In this document: positions 28,794-39,343 of the stretch, in pieces
Position numbering within the stretch: the first letter of the stretch is position 1
Layout: the number at the start of each line of letters is the position of its first letter
Source of the DNA: an uncultured Gemmatimonadales bacterium
GTDB taxonomy: Bacteria; Gemmatimonadota; Gemmatimonadetes; Gemmatimonadales; GWC2-71-9
Length of the DNA stretch: 64,000 bases
Direction of reading: 5' to 3'
Assembly: GCA_963771275.1 (NCBI GenBank)
Contig: CAVYSW010000010.1
Location: 64,001 to 128,000, forward strand
Translations under genes and position numbers: made by a program
The notes under the pieces: model-generated
What the model was told of the DNA's origin: nothing
Seen by the model: the letters and a program-made list of their open reading frames with translations, nothing else
Databases searched by the model: none

Positions 28794-30175
28794 GTTCTAC
28801 CCTCCGCTCCTGCCGCTCCCGCCGCCCCTGCCGCCGCTTCAACCTGCGCGCGCGCCACCGCGGCCGCGACTGGCGCCAGCTCGTCGTCGGCCAGCGTGCG
28901 AACGTCGAGCAGCACGGATCCGTCGCCCGCCCGCGCGATGACCGGCGGCTCCTGCCGCCGCAGAGCCGCGAGCAAAGTATCGGCGGATGGCGCCGGGATC
29001 GCCACCAGCGTCGTAGGAAGCCGGGCGTGCGGGAACGCGCCCCCCCCCACGGCCGACTCGCCCTGGACGGTGGTCGCCCCCGGGATTCGCCGCGCGAGGC
29101 GACGCGCCCGGCGCTTGAGCTCCGCCGGGTCCCGCGTGAGCATCTGCAGCACCGGGATCTCGCGCCGCGCCGTCGCCGGGTCCCGATAGAGCGCCAGCGT
29201 CGCTTCGAGCGCCGCGAACGTCACCTTGTCGGGGCGCAACGCCCGCGCCAGCGGGTCCCGCGCCAGCCGCTCCACCAGGACGTGCGGCCCGACGATGATC
29301 CCCGCCTGCGGCCCGCCCAGCAGCTTGTCGCCGGAGAACACCACGAGCGCCCCCGCGGCGACGCTGTCCCGGACCCGCGGCTCCCCGTCGAGACCCCAGG
29401 GGGCGAGGTCCAGCAGCAGCCCGCTCCCCACGTCATGCACCACCGGCAGGCCGCGCGGCGCCAGCGCCGTGACGAGCTCGCCGACCGCCACCTCGGCCAC
29501 GAAGCCGGTGAGCGTGAAGTTCGAGCGGTGGACCTTGAGCGCGCAGCGCGTGCGCTCGCCCAGCGCCTCCACGTAGTCGGCCAGCCGGGTGCGGTTCGTC
29601 GTGCCGACCTCCACCAGCGTGCTGCCGCTCTTGGCGAGGATCTCCGGGATCCGGAACCCGCCGCCGATCTCCACCAGCTCGCCGCGCGAGACGATCGTCT
29701 CGCCCCCCGCGCCCAGCGCCGTCAGCGCGAGCAGCACGGCCGCCGCCGCGTTATTGACGACGAGCGCGTCCTCGGCGCCCGTGAGCTCCGTCAGGAGCCG
29801 GCGGGCATGATCCTGCCGCGAGCCGCGCCCACCGTCCGCGAGCGCGAACTCGAGCGTGCTGTAGCCCAACGCCTGCTCCACCGCCCGCAGCGCCGCCGGC
29901 GCGAGCGGCGCCCGGCCGAGGTTGGTATGGAGCACCACGCCAGTCGCGTTGAGCACGCGGGCCAATGACGGACGCTCGCGCGTGGTCAGGTGGTGGCGGA
30001 CCGCGGCGACCCACCCCTCGGCCGGCGGGGCGCCGCCCCCGGCCCGTGCCGCGTCCAGCGCCGCCCGCACGGCGCCCGCGAGCGCCACGCGCGGCACGCC
30101 GGCGCCGAGGCCCGCCCGCTCGGCGTCGGCGAGCAGGACATGGACGGCCGGCAGACGGCGACGTGCATCGGTCAC
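28790..30175 (-). CDS. selA: L-seryl-tRNA(Sec) selenium transferase
   Basis: NATGVVLHTNLGRAPL, VVNNAAAA, SRGELVEIGGGFRIP, EVGTTNRT, FSGDKLLGGPQAG. Confidence 0.95.
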   Translation of the reverse strand: MTDARRRLPAVHVLLADAERAGLGAGVPRVALAGAVRAALDAARAGGGAPPAEGWVAAVRHHLTTRERPSLARVLNATGVVLHTNLGRAPLAPAALRAVEQALGYSTLEFALADGGRGSRQDHARRLLTELTGAEDALVVNNAAAAVLLALTALGAGGETIVSRGELVEIGGGFRIPEILAKSGSTLVEVGTTNRTRLADYVEALGERTRCALKVHRSNFTLTGFVAEVAVGELVTALAPRGLPVVHDVGSGLLLDLAPWGLDGEPRVRDSVAAGALVVFSGDKLLGGPQAGIIVGPHVLVERLARDPLARALRPDKVTFAALEATLALYRDPATARREIPVLQMLTRDPAELKRRARRLARRIPGATTVQGESAVGGGAFPHARLPTTLVAIPAPSADTLLAALRRQEPPVIARAGDGSVLLDVRTLADDELAPVAAAVARAQVEAAAGAAGAAGAEGRT

Positions 30176-31401
30176 GGCGGTCGGGGGGCCGCGGGCGTCG
30201 AGTCCGGGACCGCCAGCACGGCGCGCGTGGTGACGGTGGCGCCGTTCACGTTGGCAGCCCGCGCCTCGAACAGGTAGCGCCCACCCGGAACGAACGGCGC
30301 GGCGAGGCGCACGATCCACACGTCGATCAGGGCCGGCCGCTGCTTGAGCAGCTGTGCGCCGCGTCCCGTATCCGCCGCCGCCGGCTTGGGCTCGGCTTGC
30401 CCGAACGCGCGCCGCGGCGCGACGACGCCCCGCGGCGGGCGGGCCGTCGTGTCGCGTGGCGCGCCGCTCGTGTCGCGCGGCGTCTCCGCCGCGCGCACCG
30501 AGTCGTAGGTGGTCAGCGTCCAGACCGCCGCGATGGCGACGGGCGTCGAGTCGGGCAGCAGCCGCGCCGTGACCGCGTCCGCCGCGGGGTTGCCGGGGCG
30601 CAGCTTCTGGCTGAATTCCAGCCGTGCCGAGATGCTGTCCTGGCGCGACACGGTCTTGATCGACGGTCCCACCGTGTCGTGGACGAACGCCCACAGATCG
30701 AGGAGCGCCGTCGAGTCGGCGGCGGCCGTCGTGTCCACCCGCAGCGGCACGGAGTCGAACGCCTCACGCCGGTCGCGCTGGTGGTTGTTGTTGTCGTCGA
30801 TGGTCGCGATCAGCGCGTACGCGCCCGCCGGCAGGGCGCGCAGCACGAAGTCGCCGGCCGAATCCGCCTTCGTGTAGTAGACCGCCGAGTCCGGCCCGAT
30901 GGCCTCGACCAGCGCGCCGACCCCGACCCGCCCCGCCGCCCAGTTGATCACCGTGCCGGCCACCCGCGTGCTGGGAATCGGGATGCCGGTCGAGAAGATC
31001 AGCTCGCCGCCGGTGCGCATCTGGTTGTTGCGGAGATCCTGGATGCCGGGGAGCAGGGTGACGCGGTACACCGCGTTCGGCCGCCAGCCCCCCGCGGGCC
31101 GGACCTCGATGCGGGTCCGCTTCCATGCGGTGGTCACACGCGCGGGGCGCGGCGAGATGAGAAACAGGTCCTCGAGCCGCCCGGCGGAGCGCTCGTTGAT
31201 CACTTCGTCGAACGTGAACACGGCGGGACTGCGGTACCCGGGCAACACGGCGCCCGAGTCCGGCCGGACGGCGACCAACGCCGGCGGCGTGAAGTCGGGA
31301 GGACCGCCCGGCGGCTCCTGGGCCGCCGCGCACGCCGCGGCGAGGACTAGCAGCCCAAGACGCGGAGCTTGTCGGCGAGCGTTGCGCGTTGCTCCCGCCA
31401 C
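30172..31401 (-). CDS. Ig-like (Big_5) domain lipoprotein
   Basis: LAAAC lipobox followed by PPGGPPD.TPP, FDEVI, I.DLRNN. Start is uncertain. Confidence 0.75.
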   Translation of the reverse strand: MAGATRNARRQAPRLGLLVLAAACAAAQEPPGGPPDFTPPALVAVRPDSGAVLPGYRSPAVFTFDEVINERSAGRLEDLFLISPRPARVTTAWKRTRIEVRPAGGWRPNAVYRVTLLPGIQDLRNNQMRTGGELIFSTGIPIPSTRVAGTVINWAAGRVGVGALVEAIGPDSAVYYTKADSAGDFVLRALPAGAYALIATIDDNNNHQRDRREAFDSVPLRVDTTAAADSTALLDLWAFVHDTVGPSIKTVSRQDSISARLEFSQKLRPGNPAADAVTARLLPDSTPVAIAAVWTLTTYDSVRAAETPRDTSGAPRDTTARPPRGVVAPRRAFGQAEPKPAAADTGRGAQLLKQRPALIDVWIVRLAAPFVPGGRYLFEARAANVNGATVTTRAVLAVPDSTPAAPRPP

Positions 31402-34070
31402 GTCCTCTCCTTTATTCGTTCCCGCTCCACGACGTCCGCCGGGGCCCGACGCACGAACCGCTCGTCGCGCAGGCGGCCGGTGACGCCGGCGAGAAGGCCG
31501 TCCACACGATCGCACTCCTGGCGCAGCCGCCCGCATTCCCTGGCGACGTCGATCGCGTCGCCGAGCGGGACGAACACCGCCGACCCGTCGGGCAGCACCG
31601 CGTGCGCGCCGACTCCCGCGTCCGGGACCGCGCGGCCGAGCGCCGAGATCTTGGCCAGCCGCTCGATCGTCCGCTCCTCGGCGTTGAACGCCTCGGTGGC
31701 GTCGAGCGTGGCGGGCGCCACGAAGGTCCGCACCGTCTGGCCCGGCGCCACGCCGTACTCGGCACGGATGTTCCGCACGGCGCTGACCAGCGCCTGCACG
31801 CTGCCGAACCGGGCCTCCGCTTCGGCATCGAGCCACGCCGCGTCGGGGTCCGGCCACCGCGCGCCGGCCAGCAGCGGCTCGCGCGCCCCGGGCAGGTGGG
31901 ACCACAGCTCCTCGCTCAGGAACGGCATCACGGGGTGCAGCAGCCGCAGCACGATCTCGAACACGTAGGCGAGGATCGCCCGGGCCACGTCGCCGCCCGC
32001 CGTATCGCCGTACAGCCGCGGCTTGACCTGTTCCACATACCAGTCCGCCAGATCGTCCCAGACAAAGTGGTAGATGCCGGTCGCGGCGTCACTCAGGCGG
32101 AAGTCGCCCAGCATCGCGGTCGTCTCGGCCACGGCGCGCTGGCAGCGCGACAGGATCCACCGGTCCGCCAACTCGAGCCGCGCCGGATCGACGTCGCCGA
32201 GCCGCGGCGTCGCGTCGTCGAGGCTCGCGAGGATGAAGCGGCCGATGTTCCACACCTTGTTGGCGAAGTTGCGCCCGGCCGCGAAGCTCGTCTCGAGGTC
32301 GCTCGGGTCGAGCATCACGTCACTGCCGACCGCCGAGCCCGCCAGCACCGTGTAGCGCAGCGCGTCCGCGCCGAACCGCCGCACCACCTCCAGCGGATCG
32401 ATGCCATTCCCCAGCGACTTGGACATCTTGCGATGCTGTGTGTCGCGCACGACGCCGTGCAAAAACACCGTGTCGAACGGCCGCTCGCCGAGGAAATGGT
32501 AGCCCGCCATCACCATCCGGGAGACCCAGAAGAAGATGATGTCCGGTGCCGTGACCAGGGTGTGGCCGGGGTAGAACCGGGCGAGATCGGCGGTGCGCTC
32601 CGGCCAGCCGAGCGTCGCGAACGGCCAGAGCCATGACGAGAACCACGTGTCGAGCACGTCCTCGTCCTGGCGGACCGGGCCGCCACAGCGACCGCACGCC
32701 GTCACGTCGGTCTCCGCGACCGTGATGTGGTCGCAGCCCTCGCGCGTGCAGTACCACGCCGGGATGCGATGGCCCCACCACAGCTGCCGCGAGATGTTCC
32801 AGTCCCGGAGCTCCACGAGCCAGCGCTCGTAGACCGGGCCCCAGCGCTCGGGCACGAACCTGAGCCCGCCGGCGCGATACGCCTCGAGGGCCGGCGCCGC
32901 GAGCGGCTGCATCCGCACGAACCACTGGTCGGAGAGGCGCGGCTCGACGACGGTCTGGCAGCGGTAGCAGTGGCGGACCGCGTGCCGGTGCGGTTCGACC
33001 TTGACCAGCTGGCCGTTGGCCGCGAGCAGCGCCACGATCCGGTCCCGGGCCGCGAACCGGTCCACCCCCTGCAGTGCCACGGGCACCCGCTCGACGCCGG
33101 CCATGCGGCCGTCGGGCTCCATGATGACGGGCATCGCGCCGTCGGGATCCAGGGCGCGGGCGATCTCGAAGTCGTTTGCGTCGTGCGCCGGCGTGATCTT
33201 GAGCATGCCCGTGCCGAACTCGCGCTCGACCGCCGAGTGGGTCCCGATCGGAATGCGAGTGGTGGTCAGCGGAATCTCGACCGATCGCCCGGCGAGCCCC
33301 GCGAAGCGGTCGTCGTCCGGGTGGTGCACCACCGCGATGTCGCCGAACATCGTCTCGGGGCGGGTGGTCGCGACCACCACTCCCTCCTCTGCCGCTCCTG
33401 CCGCTCCCGCCGCCTCTGCCGCCCCAGCGGCAGCAGGGGCGGGGATGAGGTCGTACCGGATGTAGTACAGCTTCCCGTCCGTGTCCGCGAACTCCGCCTC
33501 CTCGTCGGACAGCGACGTGTGGCAGCGCGGGCACCAGTGGATCACGCGGTGGCCGCGGTAGATCAACCCGTCGCGATGCAGCGCGACGAATACCAGGCGC
33601 ACCGCCGCCGAGTACTGGTCGTCGAGCGTGAACCGGGTGCGCGTCCAGTCGCACGACGCGCCCAGCGCCTTGAGCTGCTCGAGAATCGTGCCGCCCGTTT
33701 CCCGGACGTACTGCCACGTGCGCTCGACGAACGCGTCGCGGCCGAGCGCGTGCCGGTCGGTGCCCTCCCGGGCGATCAACCGCTCGACCACGTTCTGGGT
33801 CGCGATCCCGGCGTGGTCGGTCCCCGGCAGCCACAGGGTCCGGCGTCCGCGCATCCGGTGGAACCGGATCAGCGCGTCCTGGATCGTGTTGTTGAGCCCG
33901 TGGCCCATGTGCAGCCGGTCGGTGACGTTGGGCGGCGGGATCACGATGACGTACGGCGTCCCGGGCGCGCCCTCGGCGGGCGCGAACACGCCGGCCTCGA
34001 TCCAGCGGCGGTAGATCGCGGCCTCGATGGCGCTCGGGTCGAATTGCGGAGCGAGTTGTCGGCTGCGCAT
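31347..34070 (-). CDS. valS: Valine--tRNA ligase
   Basis: PPPNVTDRLHMGH, GTDHAGIATQ, ATTRPET, ITPAHD, WNISRQLWWGH, KMSKS, C-terminal coiled coil. Confidence 0.97.
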   Translation of the reverse strand: MRSRQLAPQFDPSAIEAAIYRRWIEAGVFAPAEGAPGTPYVIVIPPPNVTDRLHMGHGLNNTIQDALIRFHRMRGRRTLWLPGTDHAGIATQNVVERLIAREGTDRHALGRDAFVERTWQYVRETGGTILEQLKALGASCDWTRTRFTLDDQYSAAVRLVFVALHRDGLIYRGHRVIHWCPRCHTSLSDEEAEFADTDGKLYYIRYDLIPAPAAAGAAEAAGAAGAAEEGVVVATTRPETMFGDIAVVHHPDDDRFAGLAGRSVEIPLTTTRIPIGTHSAVEREFGTGMLKITPAHDANDFEIARALDPDGAMPVIMEPDGRMAGVERVPVALQGVDRFAARDRIVALLAANGQLVKVEPHRHAVRHCYRCQTVVEPRLSDQWFVRMQPLAAPALEAYRAGGLRFVPERWGPVYERWLVELRDWNISRQLWWGHRIPAWYCTREGCDHITVAETDVTACGRCGGPVRQDEDVLDTWFSSWLWPFATLGWPERTADLARFYPGHTLVTAPDIIFFWVSRMVMAGYHFLGERPFDTVFLHGVVRDTQHRKMSKSLGNGIDPLEVVRRFGADALRYTVLAGSAVGSDVMLDPSDLETSFAAGRNFANKVWNIGRFILASLDDATPRLGDVDPARLELADRWILSRCQRAVAETTAMLGDFRLSDAATGIYHFVWDDLADWYVEQVKPRLYGDTAGGDVARAILAYVFEIVLRLLHPVMPFLSEELWSHLPGAREPLLAGARWPDPDAAWLDAEAEARFGSVQALVSAVRNIRAEYGVAPGQTVRTFVAPATLDATEAFNAEERTIERLAKISALGRAVPDAGVGAHAVLPDGSAVFVPLGDAIDVARECGRLRQECDRVDGLLAGVTGRLRDERFVRRAPADVVERERIKERTWREQRATLADKLRVLGC

Positions 34071-34098
34071 CGGGTCGGACTCCGGGGCCGGCGGGGTG

Positions 34099-34530
34099 CT
34101 ACCCGCGGGCGGGTCCGGGCGGGACCGGGGTCCGGGGGAAGTCCGTGCCGCGGAGGAGGATGCGGTTCACCACCACGTCCGCCCCCGGGACGGCGCGGGC
34201 GATGTCGGCGGCGGCGCGGCGGACCAGCGCATCGGACGCCACGCCCGTGAGCTCGATCAGCCCCGGCCCGACCGCGTGCACCTCGAGATCGAGGTCGCGG
34301 GTCGCTTCGTCGTCGCGCAGTGCCGCGCGCACCGCGCGTTCGAGCTTCTCCGGCCTGGCGGACCGGTCGTGATTGCCCCGCAGGCGGCTCAGGGCGTCGC
34401 GCACGCGGTCGGCGTGCAGCGGCCCCACCGACCCGCCGAGCAGCATGCCGCCAAGCACCCCGAGCGCGAAGCCCACGGTCCCCATGAGGGCCAGGCTCAG
34501 GGCGCCCGGCCGCTCGTCACGCTGCGTCAC
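34099..34530 (-). CDS. BON domain membrane protein
   Basis: N-terminal TM, then VRAALRDD..LEVHAVG.G.IELTG.V...A.DIARAVPG...VVNRI. Confidence 0.8.
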   Translation of the reverse strand: MTQRDERPGALSLALMGTVGFALGVLGGMLLGGSVGPLHADRVRDALSRLRGNHDRSARPEKLERAVRAALRDDEATRDLDLEVHAVGPGLIELTGVASDALVRRAAADIARAVPGADVVVNRILLRGTDFPRTPVPPGPARG

Positions 34531-34648
34531 GCATTCTCCTGTGGCATCCCCACTCGGGGGTGACTACAATTCCAGATCGTCGCGTCCAGAAGGATCGCCA
34601 AACACCCAGGCTAAAGCAACGGACGCGCATGGGATACGCTGAGGTGGA

Positions 34649-36604
34649 ATGCTGGTGGATATTCGGATCACACTGCCCGATGGAACGGAGCGCGCGGCGC
34701 CGAGTGGCACGACCGCGCGGGCGATCGCGGAACGGATCGGGCCGCGGCTCGCGCAGGCGGCGCTCGCCGCCCGGGTGAACGACGCGATCTGGGATCTCGA
34801 TCGTCCCCTGCGCGCGGACGCCCGGGTGGAGATCATCACCGAGCAGGACCCGGCGGCGCTCGAGGTGCTGCGCCATTCGGCCGCGCACGTGCTCGCGACG
34901 GCCGTCCGCCAGCTGTTCCCGGAGGCGAAGATCGGCTTCGGGCCGGCGATCGAGGACGGCTTCTACTACGACTTCGAGGTGCCGCGGCCGTTCACGCCGG
35001 ACGACCTCACGGCGATCGAGGCGCGGATGCGTGAAGTGGCCGCGGCCGACCACACGTTCGTCCGGGAAGAGGTGGACCGCGCCGAGGCCGGCCGCCGGTT
35101 CCGCGACGATCCGCTGAAGCTCGAGCGGCTGGCGGAGCTGGGCGACGACGAAGTCATCACCATCTACAGCGACGGCCCGTTCACCGACCTGTGCCGCGGG
35201 CCACACCTGCCGAGCACCGGCCGGCTGAAGCACTTCCACCTGCTGCACGCCGCCGGTGCCTACTGGCGCGGGGATTCCCGCCGGCAGATGCTGCAGCGCA
35301 TCTACGGCACCGCGTGGCTCACCAAAGCCGATCTCGACGCCTACCTGCACCGCCTCGCGGAAGCGGAGAAGCGCGATCATCGCGTCCTGGGACGCCAGCT
35401 CGACCTGTTCAGCATCCAGGAGGAGGTCGGCCCGGGGCTCGTCCTGTGGCACCCGCGCGGGGCGATGATCCAGTTCGAGCTCAGGCGCTTCATCGAGGAC
35501 GAGGTGCTGCGGCGCGGCTACCGGCTGGTCTACACGCCGCACGTCACGCGGGAAGACCTGTTCATCCGGTCGGGGCACCTGCCGCTGTACGCCCACAACC
35601 AGTTCCCGGCAATGGCGGCGGGCGAGGGCGAAGCGGAGCACGTGCGCTACCGCACCAAGCCGATGAACTGCCCGATGCACACGCTGATCTACGCGGCCCA
35701 GCAGCGGTCGTACCGCGACCTGCCGCTGCGCCTGGCCGAAGTGGCCAACGTGTACCGCAACGAGCTGTCCGGCACGCTGCATGGGCTGCTGCGCGTGCGG
35801 GGGCTCACGATGGACGACGCGCACATCTTCTGCCGCGAAGACCAGATCGAGGACGAGATCTACGACTTGCTCGACCTCACGGATCTCGTGCTCCACCGGA
35901 CGTTCGGCTTCGAGTACCGGCTCGATCTCGCGACCCGGCCCGCCAAGAAGATCGGTGACGACGCGGCGTGGGACGTGGCCGAGGCGGCCCTGCGGGGGGC
36001 GCTGGACCGGCGGGGCCTGCGCTACGGGATCGATGTGGGGGGCGGCGCGTTCTACGGGCCCAAGATCGACATCAAGCTCAAGGACGCGATCGGGCGCGAG
36101 TGGCAGGGCGCCACGATCCAGCTCGACTACCAGATGCCGGAGCGGTTCCAGCTCGAGTACACCGGGGCCGACAACCGGCCCCATCGTCCGGTGATGATCC
36201 ACCGCGCGATCTTCGGGACGCTGGAGCGGTTCGTCGGCTGCCTGATCGAGCACTTCGCCGGCGCGTTCCCGCTGTGGCTGGCGCCGGAGCAGGTGCGCGT
36301 CCTGCCGATCACCGACGTGCAGAACGAGGCCGCCCGCGCCGTCCACCGGCGGCTGCGCGCCGCCGGCGTGCGCGCCGAGATCGACGACCGGAACGACACG
36401 CTGAACTACCGGATCCGCGACGCGGAGCTGCTCAAGGTCCCCTACATGGCGGTGATCGGGCAGCGCGAGGTGGAGCAGGGGACCGTCGCCGTGCGCGTCC
36501 GGGGAGCGGGCAAGAAGCAGGACATCGTCGCCGTCGACGCGTTCCTCGCGCGCCTGACCGACGAGATCCACCGGCGCGCGCTCACGCTTGGCACATCCGC
36601 TTGA
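34649..36604 (+). CDS. thrS: Threonine--tRNA ligase
   Basis: TGS domain, RHSAAH, DLCRGPH, KRDHR, KPMNCP, YRNELSG, FYGPKID, IHRAIFG. Confidence 0.97.
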   Translation: MLVDIRITLPDGTERAAPSGTTARAIAERIGPRLAQAALAARVNDAIWDLDRPLRADARVEIITEQDPAALEVLRHSAAHVLATAVRQLFPEAKIGFGPAIEDGFYYDFEVPRPFTPDDLTAIEARMREVAAADHTFVREEVDRAEAGRRFRDDPLKLERLAELGDDEVITIYSDGPFTDLCRGPHLPSTGRLKHFHLLHAAGAYWRGDSRRQMLQRIYGTAWLTKADLDAYLHRLAEAEKRDHRVLGRQLDLFSIQEEVGPGLVLWHPRGAMIQFELRRFIEDEVLRRGYRLVYTPHVTREDLFIRSGHLPLYAHNQFPAMAAGEGEAEHVRYRTKPMNCPMHTLIYAAQQRSYRDLPLRLAEVANVYRNELSGTLHGLLRVRGLTMDDAHIFCREDQIEDEIYDLLDLTDLVLHRTFGFEYRLDLATRPAKKIGDDAAWDVAEAALRGALDRRGLRYGIDVGGGAFYGPKIDIKLKDAIGREWQGATIQLDYQMPERFQLEYTGADNRPHRPVMIHRAIFGTLERFVGCLIEHFAGAFPLWLAPEQVRVLPITDVQNEAARAVHRRLRAAGVRAEIDDRNDTLNYRIRDAELLKVPYMAVIGQREVEQGTVAVRVRGAGKKQDIVAVDAFLARLTDEIHRRALTLGTSA

Positions 36605-36708
36605 GGGGATCCGCCCCGCGGCATAGCTTTCGGCACCACCATCCAGGCGATGCCGCGTGAGCGCGCCGCGGCCGCCACAGTCCCTCACCTGAGCGGCAGG
36701 ATGCAGCT

Positions 36709-37896
36709 GTGACCGATACATCCCGCGTACCCGTCATCGTCAGCGCCACGCGTACTCCCATCGGCAAGTTCCTCGGCGGTCTCGCCCCACTCACCGCCCC
36801 GCGGCTCGGCGCCGTCGTCATCCGCGAGGCCGTGAAGCGGGCGGGCATCGAGCCCGGGGTCATCGACGAAGTCATCATGGGGCTCGTCGTCCAGGGCGGG
36901 GTCGGCCAGGCGCCGGCGCGCCAGGCCGCGATCTTCGCCGGCATCCCGGGCACCGTCCCCGCCATGACGATCAACAAGGTCTGCGGGTCGGGCCTCAAGG
37001 CGGTGATGCTCGCGGCCCAGGCGATCAAGGCGGGCGACGCCCAATGCGTCGTGGCCGGCGGCATGGAGTCCATGTCGAACGCGCCATTCTACCTGTTCGG
37101 CATCCGGGGCGGCGTGAAGTTCGGCAACCAGAACCTGGTGGACGGCCTGGTCCACGACGGCCTGTGGTGCGCCTTCGGGAACTGCCACATGGGCAGCCAC
37201 GCCGAGTACACGGCCGTGAAGGCGGGCATCACCCGCGAGGAGCAGGATCGCTTCGCCCTCGAGAGTCATCGCAAGGCCGTGGCCGCGATGGACGCCGGGA
37301 AGTTCACGGCGGAGATCGTGCCGGTGGAGATTCCGGGGAAGACCGTCACCGTGGTGTCGGCCGACGAGTGCCCGCGCCGCGACTCGACGCCCGAGGGGCT
37401 CGCCAAGCTCAAGCCCGCCTTCCAGAAGGACGGGTCGGTCACGGCGGGCAATGCGCCCGGCCTGAACGACGGGGCGAGCGCGCTGGTGGTGACCTCCGAG
37501 GCGTTCGCCAAGGCGCACGGACTGAAGGTGCTGGCCCGCATCACGGCGTACGCCGCCGGCGGCGGGGAGCCCAAGGACCTGTTCTTCGCGCCGATCGTGG
37601 CGGTCACCAACCTGATGAAGCAGGCGGGAACCAAGATCGGCGCCTACGACCTGATCGAGGCGAACGAAGCGTTCGCGGTGCAGGCGCTGGCCGACGGCCA
37701 GGCACTCGGCTGGGACTGGAGCCGGGTGAACGTCCATGGTGGCGCGGTGGCCCTTGGTCACCCGATCGGCGGGAGCGGCGCGCGGATCCTCACCACGCTG
37801 CTCTACGCGCTCGCCGATCGCGGCAAGAGCCGGGGCCTGGCGACCCTGTGTCTCGGTGGCGGCAACGCGGTGGCCCTCAGCGTGGAGCGGGTGTGA
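36709..37896 (+). CDS. Acetyl-CoA C-acetyltransferase (thiolase)
   Basis: INKVCGSGLK, NEAFA, GHPIG.SG, LCLGGG. Confidence 0.95.
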   Translation: MTDTSRVPVIVSATRTPIGKFLGGLAPLTAPRLGAVVIREAVKRAGIEPGVIDEVIMGLVVQGGVGQAPARQAAIFAGIPGTVPAMTINKVCGSGLKAVMLAAQAIKAGDAQCVVAGGMESMSNAPFYLFGIRGGVKFGNQNLVDGLVHDGLWCAFGNCHMGSHAEYTAVKAGITREEQDRFALESHRKAVAAMDAGKFTAEIVPVEIPGKTVTVVSADECPRRDSTPEGLAKLKPAFQKDGSVTAGNAPGLNDGASALVVTSEAFAKAHGLKVLARITAYAAGGGEPKDLFFAPIVAVTNLMKQAGTKIGAYDLIEANEAFAVQALADGQALGWDWSRVNVHGGAVALGHPIGGSGARILTTLLYALADRGKSRGLATLCLGGGNAVALSVERV

Positions 37897-38468
37897 TGCG
37901 CGACGCTCGAACGATCGACGTGCGGTGGGTGGCATCCGGCGCGGCGCGCCGGACCCTCGCGCTGGTGGCGGGCACGCTGCTCGTGGCCCTCGGTGCGCAG
38001 GTGGCGGTGCCCGTTCCCGGGACGCCGGTCCCGATCACGCTGCAGGTGGGGGCCGTGCTGGTGGTGGGCGGCCTGCTGGGGCCCGCGCTCGGGGCGGGAA
38101 GCCTCGCCCTGTACCTGGTACTCGGCGCGGCGGGACTGCCGGTGTTCGCGCCTGCGGGCCTGCCCGGCTTCGCGCGGCTGTTCGGCCCCACGGGAGGATA
38201 CCTCCTGGCGTTGCCGCTCGGCGCGGCCGTGGCGGGGATCGCCGCGCTGCCCCCCCGCCGCTGGGGCCGGCTCGTGGCCGGCCTCGCGCTCGCGGTGCTC
38301 CTGATCCACGCCGGCGGGGTCGCGCAGCTCGCGATGCTCGGCGGTGACCTGAGGATCGCGTGGCGGCTGGGCTCGCTGCCCTTTCTCGTGGGGGACCTCG
38401 CGAAGCTGATCGTCGCGGCGGTGGTGATCGGACGGCTGGGTCAGCCGGTCCGGCGCGCGCTCCTCTGA
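37896..38468 (+). CDS. bioY: Biotin transporter BioY
   Basis: [32 protein letters not shown]. Confidence 0.9.
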   Translation: MRDARTIDVRWVASGAARRTLALVAGTLLVALGAQVAVPVPGTPVPITLQVGAVLVVGGLLGPALGAGSLALYLVLGAAGLPVFAPAGLPGFARLFGPTGGYLLALPLGAAVAGIAALPPRRWGRLVAGLALAVLLIHAGGVAQLAMLGGDLRIAWRLGSLPFLVGDLAKLIVAAVVIGRLGQPVRRALL

Positions 38469-39343
38469 GGGCGCGCGCTTCGTTTTGGGCGCGGCTGCGC
38501 GACACCGCGTGGGCCGTGCTCGCCGTGGTCACGTTCGCCGCGGCATGGCTGGCGCTCGCGCTGCTCGCCCGCAACGCACAGACGGCGCTGGTCGGGCCGC
38601 ACGACTGGTGGGCGCGGACGGGTCGCGGGCTGCTCGCGGAAGCGGTCCCGCCACTGGTCGCGGCGATCGCCATGTACGCGGGCGTCGTGTGGCTCACCTC
38701 GTGGGGTCTCGGCCGGCTGCGCGTGCCCCGCGGGCGCGCGGCGGCGCGCGGGCTGGCGCTGGGCATGGCGTGGGGTGTGGGGCTCGCACTGGCCGTGCTC
38801 GGGCTCAGTCTTGCGGGGGGCGCGCGCCTGATGCTGCAGGCCGGCGCCGGGGAGAGCTACCTCGCCGTGGCGTTCCCGGTGGCGGCCGGCCTCGCCGCCG
38901 CGGCGCTGCTGGAAGAGCTGCTGTTTCGCGGGTTCCCGCTGGCGCGGCTCGCCGCGGCGCTCGGGCCGCGGACCGCGAGCCTGCTGCTCGCGGCCGGGTT
39001 CGTGGTGGCGCATCTCGGCAACCCGGCCCTGTCGTGGCTCGGTCTCGCGAACATCGGGCTCGCGTCCCTGCTGCTGAGCGCGGTGTTTTTCTCCCCGGCG
39101 GGGCTGCCCGGCGCGGTCGGCCTGCACTGCGGGTGGAACGCGGGGCTCGCGCTCGCCGCGGACGCGCCGGTGAGCGGCCTGCGGTTCGGCCTGCCGACCC
39201 TGGAGTACGCGCCGGGCGCGCACGGCTGGCTGACGGGCGGCCCATTTGGTCCCGAGGGCGGGATCATGGCGACCGCGGTCATGGGGCTGGCACTGTGGTG
39301 GTGGGTTCAACGGGTGGAACGCGGCACGGAGGTGACGGCGTGA
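38465..39343 (+). CDS. CPBP/Abi-family intramembrane metalloprotease (start uncertain)
   Basis: EELLFRG, F...[14 protein letters not shown]. Confidence 0.85.
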   Translation: MRARASFWARLRDTAWAVLAVVTFAAAWLALALLARNAQTALVGPHDWWARTGRGLLAEAVPPLVAAIAMYAGVVWLTSWGLGRLRVPRGRAAARGLALGMAWGVGLALAVLGLSLAGGARLMLQAGAGESYLAVAFPVAAGLAAAALLEELLFRGFPLARLAAALGPRTASLLLAAGFVVAHLGNPALSWLGLANIGLASLLLSAVFFSPAGLPGAVGLHCGWNAGLALAADAPVSGLRFGLPTLEYAPGAHGWLTGGPFGPEGGIMATAVMGLALWWWVQRVERGTEVTA

